64,000 nt of DNA, taken from positions 11,516-75,515 of the forward strand of contig JAILZL010000001.1 in the NCBI GenBank assembly GCA_023512475.1. Reading direction: 5' to 3'. The position numbers and the translations under genes are program-made. The DNA comes from Syntrophobacterales bacterium (lineage in GTDB: Bacteria; Desulfobacterota; Desulfobaccia; Desulfobaccales; 0-14-0-80-60-11). How positions within the stretch are numbered: the first letter of the stretch is position 1; each line of letters begins with the position of its first letter. Below the pieces are notes generated by a model. That model ran no database searches. It saw only the letters and a list, made by a program, of their open reading frames with translations, and had not been told where the DNA came from. Positions 54,930 to 63,778 of this stretch are shown in pieces.

Positions 54930-55769
54930 TCAGGGCACCGGCACCAGGTAGCTGACGGTGGCCTCCCGGCGGCCCCTCAGCACCACCGCCGGCCCGGGGA
55001 TGGTGTCAAACTGCCCGGCCACCTCCCGCTGGGTGGCCTCACTGATGACGATGCCGGCGTCCAGCTCCCGGGCCACCTCCAGCAGCCGGGCGGCCACATT
55101 CACCATATCCCCGATGATGGTGAAGTCCATGCGCCGGGCATGCCCGATATTGCCCACGATGGCCTCCCCGGTGTTGATGCCGATGCGCATCCCTTGAAGG
55201 GGGGTTTTCCCGACGGCCTGCATCTCCTTCAGCCGCCGGTGCATGGCCACCGCACAGCTTACCGCCTGGCTGGCGGCCCGGGGCACCTCCAGGGGCGCGC
55301 CAAAGAAGGCAAAGAGGCCGTCCCCCAGGAACTTGTCCAGGGTGCCCTCGTGGGCAAAGATGAGGTCCACCATCTCCGTGAAGTAGTCGTTCAACACCTC
55401 CACCACCCGGGCCGGATCCATGGTCTCGGAGAGGGTGGTGAAGCCCTTGATGTCGGCAAAGAGGACCGTCAGGTGGCGGCGTTCGCCCCCCAGGCGCAGG
55501 GCCTCCGGGTTTTTCAGGATCTCCTCCACCACCCGGTCGCTGACGTAGCGGCAGATGGTGTCCCGCAGGAGCTGCTTCTGCTCATAGAGGCGCAGGCGGC
55601 TCCGCAGGCTGGCCTCGTGGCCCGCCTCCTCCTGGGCGATTTCAATGAGCAGCCGCTTTAGCTCCGGGTCCTCGGCCTCTTCGGCCAGGGTGAGGTAACT
55701 GCGCCGGGCCTCCAGCTCATGGGCGATGGCCAGTTCAATGGCCTGCACGATATCCAGCTTCTCGGTCAT
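54930..55769 (-). CDS. Class III adenylate/guanylate cyclase with N-terminal two-helix ferritin/rubrerythrin-like segment
   Basis: Start trimmed to ATG 55769. Cyclase motifs VLFADIKGFT, KFLGDGLFAFFG, GINTGEAIVGNIG and GDMVNVAARL. The N-terminus is AIAHELEARRSY...AQEEAGHEASL (E...ExxH). Confidence 0.8.
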   Translation of the reverse strand: MTEKLDIVQAIELAIAHELEARRSYLTLAEEAEDPELKRLLIEIAQEEAGHEASLRSRLRLYEQKQLLRDTICRYVSDRVVEEILKNPEALRLGGERRHLTVLFADIKGFTTLSETMDPARVVEVLNDYFTEMVDLIFAHEGTLDKFLGDGLFAFFGAPLEVPRAASQAVSCAVAMHRRLKEMQAVGKTPLQGMRIGINTGEAIVGNIGHARRMDFTIIGDMVNVAARLLEVARELDAGIVISEATQREVAGQFDTIPGPAVVLRGRREATVSYLVPVP

Positions 55770-55832
55770 ACGCGCGTCTCTGGCTGTGGGTGGGGGGCAT
55801 CCTCCGGCCGCCCCGCGAGGACGCCCCACAAA

Positions 55833-56753
55833 TTACAGCCCGAACTGGCCGCTGTCCACCCAGGACATGGTGAGCAGGGACCAGAAATCCAGGGCCAGCT
55901 TGCTCAGCACATAGTCATAGGGGAGCCAGCCGTAGCCCTGGTCGCCCCAGGCGGGGCCCCAGGAGTTGCGGATGAGCAGGGCCCCGGTGGTGGTCTTGTT
56001 GCACTTGGTGTTTTTGATCTTCTTGGCGTCATCATAGCCCACCGCCACGATGGCGTGGCCCCATTCCGCCTTCTCCCCGGGGCAGGGAAAGGGGATGCCG
56101 CCCTTGACATCCGTGTGGTCAAAGGAGGGGAAGCCCCAAAAGCCGAACATGGAGGGAATGCCCGCGGCCAGATATTTCTTGACGCTGGCCAACACCTCGC
56201 TCCCGGGCAGATTGGCCCCCTGGGGGTCATGGCAGAAATAGGTCAGGGTCTCGTAGTTGTCGCCAATGGCATAGACAAAGCTGGGCGGTTCCTTGTCAAA
56301 ATCCGGGGTCTTGTCGGTGTAGGGCCAGTAGCGCTCTTCCGGCACCCCGCACAGCACCAGGGCCGCCATGGTGTTCCTCAGCCAGGCGCCGGTGTCCCCC
56401 GTCACCTGCATGAGGTTGCGGGTGGCTTTGTACACGAAAAGCCGGGAGCCCTCCAGATGCTTGCCGAAGGCCCGCCGCTGGAAATACTCCACAATGCCCA
56501 CCGCCGCATGGGCGGTGCAGGACCCCAGGCTTTTCTGATTCTCCACGGGGGAGCACCAGGCCCGGAGGTCCACCGCCGGCGGCAAGGCCTTCAATTCCTT
56601 GGTGCCTTTGGGGACCTTGAGTTTTTTGACCAGGGTAGCCACGTTGGGATTGGCTTCGGTGTAATCCCGCAAATCGGGCAGGGGCGTCAGCCAGCCGGTG
56701 CCCAGTCGCTCGCCGGTTTCGGAAATGACCACAGGCCTGTACATCTGATACAT
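55833..56753 (-). CDS. Papain-family (C1) cysteine peptidase
   Basis: AAAGGAGG RBS before ATG 56753. The catalytic Cys lies in QKSLGSCTAHA, the His in GHAIVAVGYDD, then NSWGPAWGDQGYGW. Confidence 0.85.
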   Translation of the reverse strand: MYQMYRPVVISETGERLGTGWLTPLPDLRDYTEANPNVATLVKKLKVPKGTKELKALPPAVDLRAWCSPVENQKSLGSCTAHAAVGIVEYFQRRAFGKHLEGSRLFVYKATRNLMQVTGDTGAWLRNTMAALVLCGVPEERYWPYTDKTPDFDKEPPSFVYAIGDNYETLTYFCHDPQGANLPGSEVLASVKKYLAAGIPSMFGFWGFPSFDHTDVKGGIPFPCPGEKAEWGHAIVAVGYDDAKKIKNTKCNKTTTGALLIRNSWGPAWGDQGYGWLPYDYVLSKLALDFWSLLTMSWVDSGQFGL

Positions 56754-57069
56754 GGGCGACCTCCTTTTCAGTCCCAAGGTGCACGGCGGCATCACTCCGG
56801 CATTTCCTCATAGGCTTTTCCCTGAGCTCCGGCGGCTCCCACCTCCTTTTCCCCCTGTTCCTTTATACCCTTTTGCCGGGAAAATATCAGCCTTTCAGGG
56901 GCGAAAATTCTTTTGGGCCTCCAAACGCCCGGCGCGACAATAAAAATTAAGGATTCAGAGGGAGGTCAGTCCTCCCGGTTCCCGCTCCGAGCCCCATATT
57001 CCTTGGAAGGGGGTTTTGAGCCTGGTTCATCCGTCCCCGCCGCCGGCGCGGCGGCGCCTGGAGGTGAGT

Positions 57070-57450
57070 ATGACCACCCCGGAAGTGGAAATCGTCGTCT
57101 ATGACGCCCCCGGCCCGGCCTCCGGGGGCTGCGGCTGCGGCTGCGATCACCATCACGGCCCCGGCCACGGGCACAGCCACGGCCTCAATCTGGAATACGA
57201 AACCCGGGCCCTGGCCCTCACCTTGGAGAAGGATTTTCCCGGGCGGGTGCGGGTGAAATACGTCAACGTCCTCAAGGACCCCCAGGCCCTGCAACTGCCC
57301 CAGACCAAGCTGCTCCTGTCGTTGGCTTACCCCTCCCCTTTGGTGTACATCAACGGCCGGGGCAGGTTTGCCGGCGCCCTGCCGGTGGAGCGCCTGCGCC
57401 AGGAGGTGGCGGAACTGCTGGGGACCCCGTCCCCGGGGCTGCCCGGGTGA
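57070..57450 (+). CDS. Thioredoxin-fold YuzD/DUF1462-like protein with a Cys/His-rich insert (GGCGCGCDHHHGPGHGHSHG)
   Basis: Start trimmed to ATG 57070 behind GGAGGTGAG. The beta-alpha layout and the PLVYINGR C-terminal motif resemble YuzD-like proteins (by eye). Confidence 0.6.
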   Translation: MTTPEVEIVVYDAPGPASGGCGCGCDHHHGPGHGHSHGLNLEYETRALALTLEKDFPGRVRVKYVNVLKDPQALQLPQTKLLLSLAYPSPLVYINGRGRFAGALPVERLRQEVAELLGTPSPGLPG

Positions 57451-57600
57451 GCTCCTGGCCGCGCTCCCGGCGCTCCGGTGCTTGTGCCCCATGGGGCTTT
57501 GTGCTAATGTGAGACCGGTGCGGTTCCCTCCCCCCTGAGGGGGAGGGCGGCGGAGGGCTTCGGCTCCCCCGCCCCTCAAAAACGGCCAGGAAGCTGCCCC

Positions 57601-58479
57601 ATGTCCGAGCCTCGCCGGCCCAGGCCCATCATCACCCTCCTCACCGACTTCGGCACCCGGGATCACTATGTGGCCAGCCTCAAAGGGGTCATCCTGGGCC
57701 TCAACCCCGAAGTCACCCTGGTGGATCTGACCCACGAGGTGCCGCCCCAGGACATTATCGCCGGCGCCTTTGTGCTGGCGGAGGCGGCCCCCTACTTTCC
57801 CCCCGGCACCATCCACCTGGCGGTGGTGGATCCCGGAGTGGGCACCCACCGTCGGGGCCTGGCGGCCCGCTGCCGAGGGCAGTTCTGGGTGGGGCCGGAC
57901 AACGGCCTCTTCCATTTCGTCTTCGCCGGCACCACCCCCGCCGCGGCTTCCTGGCCCAGCGCCACCCCGGAATGCACCATCGTCTCCCTGGAGACCCCCA
58001 CCTTCTTCCGGCCGCACATCTCCACCACCTTTCATGGCCGGGATGTCTTCGCGCCGGTGGCGGCCCACCTCTCCCTGGGGGTGGAATTGGGGCAGCTGGG
58101 GCCCGTCCTGCACACTCCCGTGCCCCTGCCTCTGCCGGAAGCCGGCTTCACGCCGGAGGTGGCCCAGGGCCAGGTGATTTACATCGACCGCTTCGGCAAT
58201 CTCATCACCAACCTGCCCGGGGAGAGGCTCCTGGGCTGGCTGGGGGAGACTTCCTCTTTCCGTCTGCATGTCGGCGGGGTGGTGCTGCGGCGCCTCAGCC
58301 CCACCTATGCGGAGGTGGGCCCCGGGGAGCCCCTGGCCCTCCTGGGCAGCCACGGCTACCTGGAAATCGCCGTCAACCGGGGCAACGCCGCCCGCCTGCT
58401 CAAGGCGGCGGTGGGGCAGCCGGTGGTGATCTACCTTAATGCCCCGGGGGAGACACCCGGGACCCGGTCCGCCCCCTGA
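57601..58479 (+). CDS. SAM hydrolase / S-adenosyl-L-methionine hydroxide adenosyltransferase family (DUF62; fluorinase/chlorinase superfamily)
   Basis: ITLLTDFGTRDHYVASLKGV, AVVDPGVGT, GPDNGL and FHGRDVFAPVAA motifs. Confidence 0.88.
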   Translation: MSEPRRPRPIITLLTDFGTRDHYVASLKGVILGLNPEVTLVDLTHEVPPQDIIAGAFVLAEAAPYFPPGTIHLAVVDPGVGTHRRGLAARCRGQFWVGPDNGLFHFVFAGTTPAAASWPSATPECTIVSLETPTFFRPHISTTFHGRDVFAPVAAHLSLGVELGQLGPVLHTPVPLPLPEAGFTPEVAQGQVIYIDRFGNLITNLPGERLLGWLGETSSFRLHVGGVVLRRLSPTYAEVGPGEPLALLGSHGYLEIAVNRGNAARLLKAAVGQPVVIYLNAPGETPGTRSAP

Positions 58480-58544
58480 GGTCCGACCCGTCTGCGGGGG
58501 TGACCGCCTCTCGGGCCCTTCCCACCTCTGCCGTCCGGGGAGTC

Positions 58545-60014
58545 ATGGACGTCACCCTGATCTTCCCGCACCAGCTCTTTGACCCCCACCCGGGCCTGGC
58601 CGTGCGGCGGCCGGTGGTGCTGGCGGAAGAGCCCCGCTTTTTTACCGCCTTCGCTTACCATCGCCGCACCCTGACCTTCCGCCGGGCCGCCCTGCGGCTG
58701 TATCGCCGGCGCCTGAAGGCGAAAGGCCACCAGGTGCATTACCTGGAGTGCCCCTCCACCCCCGACCCCGCCTGGCTGGAGCGGGAACTGCTCCGGCTGG
58801 GCGTCACCGGCCTGGTGACCCTGGACCCCGCCGATACCCCCCTTTTGGCCCGCCTGCGGCAGCTGTGCGCCCGGCGGGGCCTGCGCCTCACCCTCCTGGA
58901 CTCCCCCGGGTTTCTTCTGACCGTAGACGAGGTGCAGGACTACGGCGCCCGCACCCGGCGCCTCTCCCAGACCTCCTTCTATGTGGAGCAGCGCCGGCGC
59001 CGGGGCATTTTGCTGGCGGAGGGAAAGCCCCTGGGCGGCCGCTGGACCTATGACACCTTAAACCGCCGCCCTCTGCCCCGGGGTCTGGCCGTCCCACCGC
59101 TGCCGGAGCTTCCCCCGCACCCGGAGTGGACCGCCGCCCGGGAATGGGTTGCGGCGCGCTTTGCGGACCATCCCGGCGACCCCGGTGGCCCTAGGCTGCC
59201 CCTGACCCACGAAGAGGCCCACGCCTGGCTGCTGGATTTCCTCCACAGGCGGCTTGCCCGTTTCGGGGATTATCAGGACGCCATCTCCCACCAGGAGCCG
59301 GTTCTCTTCCACTCCCTCCTTTCGCCCCTGCTGAACGTGGGGCTGCTCACCCCGGCCCAGGTGCTGGACGCGGCCCTGACCTTCGCCGGGGAGCACCCGG
59401 TGCCCCTCAACTCCCTGGAGGGTTTCGTGCGCCAGGTGCTGGGCTGGCGGGAGTATGTCCGGGCGGCCTATCTGCTCATCGGGGAGGAGCAGCGCCAGGC
59501 CAATTTCTTCGGCCACGAGCGCCCTCTGCCCCCGGCCTTCTATACCGCCGGCACCGGCCTGCCCCCACTGGACACGGTGCTCCGCCGGGTCCTCGCCCTG
59601 GCCTGGTGCCACCACATCGAGCGCCTCATGGTGGTGGGGAATGTCCTCCTTCTGCTGGGGGTGGCGCCCGCCGAGGTCTACCGCTGGTTCATGGAGCTCT
59701 TCATCGACGCCTACGACTGGGTCATGGTGCCCAATGTCTTCGGCATGAGCCAGTTCGCCGACGGCGGCCGCATGATGACCAAGCCCTATTTTGCCGGCAG
59801 CCGCTATCTCCTGCGCATGAGCGACTTTCCACCCGGCCCCTGGTGCGAGGCTCTGGACGGCCTCTTCTGGGAGTTTGTCGCCGCCCACCGGGACTATCTC
59901 GCCCGCCACCCCCGGCTGGCCCCCGTGGCCCGCTCGTTGGACCGCCTGGCGCCGGCCCGGCATGAGACCCTGGCCCGGGCCGCCCGCGCCTGGCGGCACC
60001 GCCTCTGGCCGTGA
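58545..60014 (+). CDS. Cryptochrome/photolyase-related protein (COG3046 / FeS-BCP, bacterial (6-4) photolyase-like)
   Basis: Start trimmed to ATG 58545 (MDVTLIFPHQLF). C-terminal HIERLMVVGN and DAYDWVMVPNVFGMSQFADGG motifs. Confidence 0.8.
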   Translation: MDVTLIFPHQLFDPHPGLAVRRPVVLAEEPRFFTAFAYHRRTLTFRRAALRLYRRRLKAKGHQVHYLECPSTPDPAWLERELLRLGVTGLVTLDPADTPLLARLRQLCARRGLRLTLLDSPGFLLTVDEVQDYGARTRRLSQTSFYVEQRRRRGILLAEGKPLGGRWTYDTLNRRPLPRGLAVPPLPELPPHPEWTAAREWVAARFADHPGDPGGPRLPLTHEEAHAWLLDFLHRRLARFGDYQDAISHQEPVLFHSLLSPLLNVGLLTPAQVLDAALTFAGEHPVPLNSLEGFVRQVLGWREYVRAAYLLIGEEQRQANFFGHERPLPPAFYTAGTGLPPLDTVLRRVLALAWCHHIERLMVVGNVLLLLGVAPAEVYRWFMELFIDAYDWVMVPNVFGMSQFADGGRMMTKPYFAGSRYLLRMSDFPPGPWCEALDGLFWEFVAAHRDYLARHPRLAPVARSLDRLAPARHETLARAARAWRHRLWP

Positions 60015-60255
60015 CCTGACCGGGCAGGGTGCCGTCTTTCCGTTTTCTGCCCCTTGACGGAAAGCCGGGAAAAATCTACAAACATACAGTTTGAGACTGT
60101 TGACCCCTCATAATCGCAACCGGGGACCGGGGTGCGGATTTCTGCCCCCGTCAGGGGTTGGGGGAGGGGGCCCGGGCAAGGGTGGGATAAGAACCCTGTC
60201 CCCGCTTTTACCACCCGGTGGATCCAGTCTCACCATCTTGCGCCTCAGGGACCTT

Positions 60256-61740
60256 ATGCAGCCGGTGGACCGCCTCGTCGCCCAGCGCCTGGAAAAGCTC
60301 CAGCAGTTCCGGGAGATGGGCATTGAGCCCTATTACAACCGCTTCAGGCCCAGCCATACCCTGGCCCAGATCCTGACCGAATTCGGCGGTCTGAGCGGCG
60401 AAGAGCTGGAAGCCCTGCCCCACACCTTCCGCCTGGCCGGCCGCCTCATGCTGATGCGGGAGTTCGGCAAGGCCGCCTTCTGCCACTTCCAGGACGGCTC
60501 CGCCCGTCTTCAGGCCTTTGTCCAGAAGCCCGTGGTGGGGGAGGAGCGCTTCCGCTTCTTCCGCCGCTTGGATTTGGGCGACATCGTGGGTTTTGTGGGG
60601 ACGCTCTTCCGCACCAGGACGGGGGAGCTCACCCTGGCGGTGCAGGACTTTGTGCTCCTTACCAAGTCGCTTCTGCCCCTGCCGGAGAAGTATCACGGCC
60701 TCACTGACGTGGAGCGGCGCTACCGCCAGCGCTACCTGGACCTCATCGTCAACCCGTCCGTCTGGCAGGTCTTCATCCAGCGGGCCCGCATCATCCGTCT
60801 GTTGCGCCAGTTCCTGGATGACCGGGGCTTTCTGGAGGTGGAGACCCCCATGATGCAGCCCATCCCCGGCGGGGCCACCGCCCGGCCCTTTGAGACCTAC
60901 CACCACGCCCTGGACACCAAACTGTATCTGCGCATCGCACCGGAGCTCTACCTCAAACGCCTGCTGGTGGGCGGCTTCGACCGGGTGTATGAGATCAACC
61001 GCAACTTCCGCAATGAAGGCCTCTCCACCCTGCACAACCCGGAGTTCACCATGCTGGAGTTCTATCAGGCCTACGCCACCTATGAGGACCTGATGAAGCT
61101 CACTGAGGAGATGCTCAGCTTTGTGGCCCGGGAGCTCCTGGGGACCTGCCGGCTGGTCTATCAGGGCCAGGCCGTGGACCTGACTCCGCCCTGGCGCCGC
61201 CTGGACCTCCGGCGGGCCCTCACCGAGGTGGGGGGCATCCCGGCGGAGGTGGTGCGCAACCCGGAGGCCCTGGTGGCCCGGGCCCGGGCCGAGGGAGTGG
61301 TGCTGAGGCCCGGGGAGGGCTACGGCCGGGCCCTCACCAAGCTCTTCGACCTGCACGTGGAGGCCAGGCTCGTCCAACCCACTTTCGTCCTGGGCTACCC
61401 CGCCGAGACCTCGCCCCTGGCCCGGCGCAACGACGACGATCCCGAGGTGGTGGACCGCTTCGAGCTCTTCATCGCCGGCCGGGAGATGGCCAATGCCTTC
61501 TCCGAGCTCAACGACCCTCTGGATCAGCGCCGGCGTTTCGAGGCCCAGCTGGCCGCCCATCTGGCCGGGGACGAAGAGAGCCCCCACGCGGTGGATGAGG
61601 ATTTCCTCACCGCCCTAGAGTACGGCATGCCCCCGGCCGCCGGCGAGGGCATCGGCGTGGACCGGCTGGTGATGCTCCTCACCGATTCCCCCTCCATCCG
61701 GGATGTAATCCTCTTTCCGCAATTGCGCCCCGAGAGGTGA
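60256..61740 (+). CDS. lysS: Lysine--tRNA ligase (class II)
   Basis: Start trimmed to ATG 60256. FLEVETPMMQ, YEINRNFRNEG and the class II motif 3 GEGIGVDRLVMLL. Confidence 0.93.
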   Translation: MQPVDRLVAQRLEKLQQFREMGIEPYYNRFRPSHTLAQILTEFGGLSGEELEALPHTFRLAGRLMLMREFGKAAFCHFQDGSARLQAFVQKPVVGEERFRFFRRLDLGDIVGFVGTLFRTRTGELTLAVQDFVLLTKSLLPLPEKYHGLTDVERRYRQRYLDLIVNPSVWQVFIQRARIIRLLRQFLDDRGFLEVETPMMQPIPGGATARPFETYHHALDTKLYLRIAPELYLKRLLVGGFDRVYEINRNFRNEGLSTLHNPEFTMLEFYQAYATYEDLMKLTEEMLSFVARELLGTCRLVYQGQAVDLTPPWRRLDLRRALTEVGGIPAEVVRNPEALVARARAEGVVLRPGEGYGRALTKLFDLHVEARLVQPTFVLGYPAETSPLARRNDDDPEVVDRFELFIAGREMANAFSELNDPLDQRRRFEAQLAAHLAGDEESPHAVDEDFLTALEYGMPPAAGEGIGVDRLVMLLTDSPSIRDVILFPQLRPER

Positions 61741-62981
61741 TGTCTGTGGGCTTTTTCGAAAACTTTGTGGCCGTGCGGCTGCTGCGGGGGGTGCGGCGCC
61801 AGAAAGGCTTCATTTCCCTGTCCACCCTCATCTCCACCCTGGGGGTGGCGGTGGGGGTCATGACCCTGATCATCGTCATCGGGGTGATGACCGGCTTCAC
61901 CCAGGACCTGAAAAAGAAAATCCTCAGCGTCAACGCCCATGTCCTGGTCCTGAAGCACGGCCAGCCGGTGGAGAACTACCAGGAGGTGGCGGCGGCCATC
62001 CGCCGGCTTCCCGGAGTCGTCGCCGCGGAACCCTTCATCTATACCCAGGTGATGTTCTCCGCCCCCGGCAACATCGCCGGCGGGGTGCTTCGGGCGGTGG
62101 ATGTGCCCACCATCAAGGGCGGCGGCCCCAAAGGGATCCAGGTGGTGGAGGGGGACTTCGCCGCCCTGGCGGAGGGAGGCCCCGAGGATCCGCCGCCGGT
62201 GGCCATCGGCAATGAAATGTCCCGCAACCTCAACCTGCACCCCGGCGACTATCTCAACATCATCTCCCCGCTGGGGACGCTCACCCCCATGGGCCGCATG
62301 CCCCGGATGAAGTCCTTCAAGGTGGCCGCGGTCTTCCACACCGGCATGTATGAGTTTGACGCCAGCCTGGTGTATGTCAGCATCCCCCGCCTCCAGGCCT
62401 TCCTGGGCCTGGGGGACAAGGTCACCGGCCTGGAGGTGCAGGTCCAGGACATCTACCAGGCGGACCGCATCGCCCAACGGATTGCCGACCAACTGGGCCC
62501 CCCTTTTTACACCCGGGACTGGATGCGCATGAACGCCACCCTGTTTTCCGCCCTCAAGCTGGAGAAGGTGGCCATGTTCATCATCCTCACCCTCACCATC
62601 CTGGTGGCGGCCTTCGGCATTGCCAGCACCCTGTTCATGATGGTGATGAAAAAGACCAAGGAGATCGCCATCCTGAAATCCATGGGGGCCACAAGGCGGA
62701 GCATCATGCAGATCTTCATCGCCAACGGCCTCATTATCGGCGGCATCGGCACCGTGATGGGGTTGATCCTGGGAGTGGGGGCCTGCGCTTTGCTCAAGCG
62801 CTATGAATTCATCAAGCTCCCGGGCTACGTCTATGGGCTCTCCACCCTGCCGGTGCAGGTGCAGGTGGGGGATGTGGCCATGATTGTGGCCGCGGCCCTG
62901 GGGATCAGCTTTCTGGCCACCCTGTACCCTTCCTGGCAGGCCTCCCGCCTGGACCCGGTGGAGGCCATCCGCTATGAGTGA
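61737..62981 (+). CDS. lolE: Lipoprotein-releasing system transmembrane permease (LolC/LolE family)
   Basis: FtsX-like permease with the MacB-type periplasmic domain. N-terminal FVAVRLLRG..ISLSTLIS. Overlaps the lysS stop. Confidence 0.85.
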   Translation: MMSVGFFENFVAVRLLRGVRRQKGFISLSTLISTLGVAVGVMTLIIVIGVMTGFTQDLKKKILSVNAHVLVLKHGQPVENYQEVAAAIRRLPGVVAAEPFIYTQVMFSAPGNIAGGVLRAVDVPTIKGGGPKGIQVVEGDFAALAEGGPEDPPPVAIGNEMSRNLNLHPGDYLNIISPLGTLTPMGRMPRMKSFKVAAVFHTGMYEFDASLVYVSIPRLQAFLGLGDKVTGLEVQVQDIYQADRIAQRIADQLGPPFYTRDWMRMNATLFSALKLEKVAMFIILTLTILVAAFGIASTLFMMVMKKTKEIAILKSMGATRRSIMQIFIANGLIIGGIGTVMGLILGVGACALLKRYEFIKLPGYVYGLSTLPVQVQVGDVAMIVAAALGISFLATLYPSWQASRLDPVEAIRYE

Positions 62982-63059
62982 CCGACGGGCCCGGGTGCCA
63001 AAAATTTTGACGCCCCCCCAGGAACGTGATAAGGTGGAATACCTGCCGGGCAGGTCACG

Positions 63060-63773
63060 ATGACCACAGTGAGGGAGGACAGCTCCCGGCCGGTGAAGAT
63101 CCAGGTCCGGGGGCTGGTGAAAAATTTCATCAGCAACGGCAATGTGGTGGAGGTCCTCACCGGCCTGGATTTGGACATCTATGCCGGGGAGACTCTGGCC
63201 GTGGTGGGGGCCTCGGGGGTGGGGAAATCCACCCTGCTGCATCTGTTGGGCACCCTGGAGCGGCCCACCGCCGGGAGTATTTTGTGGGACGGGCTGGAGG
63301 TCTTCAAACTGGACGACACCGCCCTGGCCGCCTTCCGCAACCGCAAGGTGGGTTTTGTCTTCCAGTTCCATCATCTGCTGCCGGAATTCAATACCCTGGA
63401 AAACGTCATGATGCCGGCCCTCATCGCCCGGCTGCCCTGGAAACAGGCCCAGGAGCTGGCCGAGGAGATCCTGGTGCAGGTGGGTCTTCAGGACCGTCTG
63501 CGCCACCGGGTCTCCACCCTGTCCGGGGGCGAGCAGCAGCGGGTGGCGGTGGCCCGGGCCCTGGTGCTGAAGCCCGACGCGCTCCTGGCCGACGAACCCA
63601 CCGGCAATCTGGACCCCAAAAACGCCCTCCAGGTCCAGGAGCTGCTCCTGAACCTGAATCGCACCCGAGGCCTGACGTCGGTGATCGTCACCCACAACTT
63701 TGAGCTGGCCCGGGAGCTGGACCGGGAGATCACCCTGAAAGACGGCAAGGCCGAAATCCTGCGGGGAGGCTGA
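63060..63773 (+). CDS. lolD: Lipoprotein-releasing system ATP-binding protein
   Basis: Walker A GASGVGKST, signature LSGGEQQR, Walker B LLADEPTGNLD. Confidence 0.88.
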   Translation: MTTVREDSSRPVKIQVRGLVKNFISNGNVVEVLTGLDLDIYAGETLAVVGASGVGKSTLLHLLGTLERPTAGSILWDGLEVFKLDDTALAAFRNRKVGFVFQFHHLLPEFNTLENVMMPALIARLPWKQAQELAEEILVQVGLQDRLRHRVSTLSGGEQQRVAVARALVLKPDALLADEPTGNLDPKNALQVQELLLNLNRTRGLTSVIVTHNFELARELDREITLKDGKAEILRGG

Positions 63774-63778
63774 CTGCA

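Noticed and set aside
54930-56753. Cyclase plus adjacent peptidase as a Pycsar/CBASS-like cyclic-nucleotide defence pair.
   Set aside because: The peptidase has no cyclic-nucleotide-binding or other sensor domain. The cyclase has ordinary class III adenylate-cyclase specificity residues. No other defence-island hallmarks are nearby.
60015-60255. The 240-nt lysS upstream region as a riboswitch, T-box or small RNA.
   Set aside because: I could not recognise T-box, L-box or other conserved riboswitch cores by eye. Only generic hairpins and a weak TTGACG-17-TACAAA promoter-like element are present.
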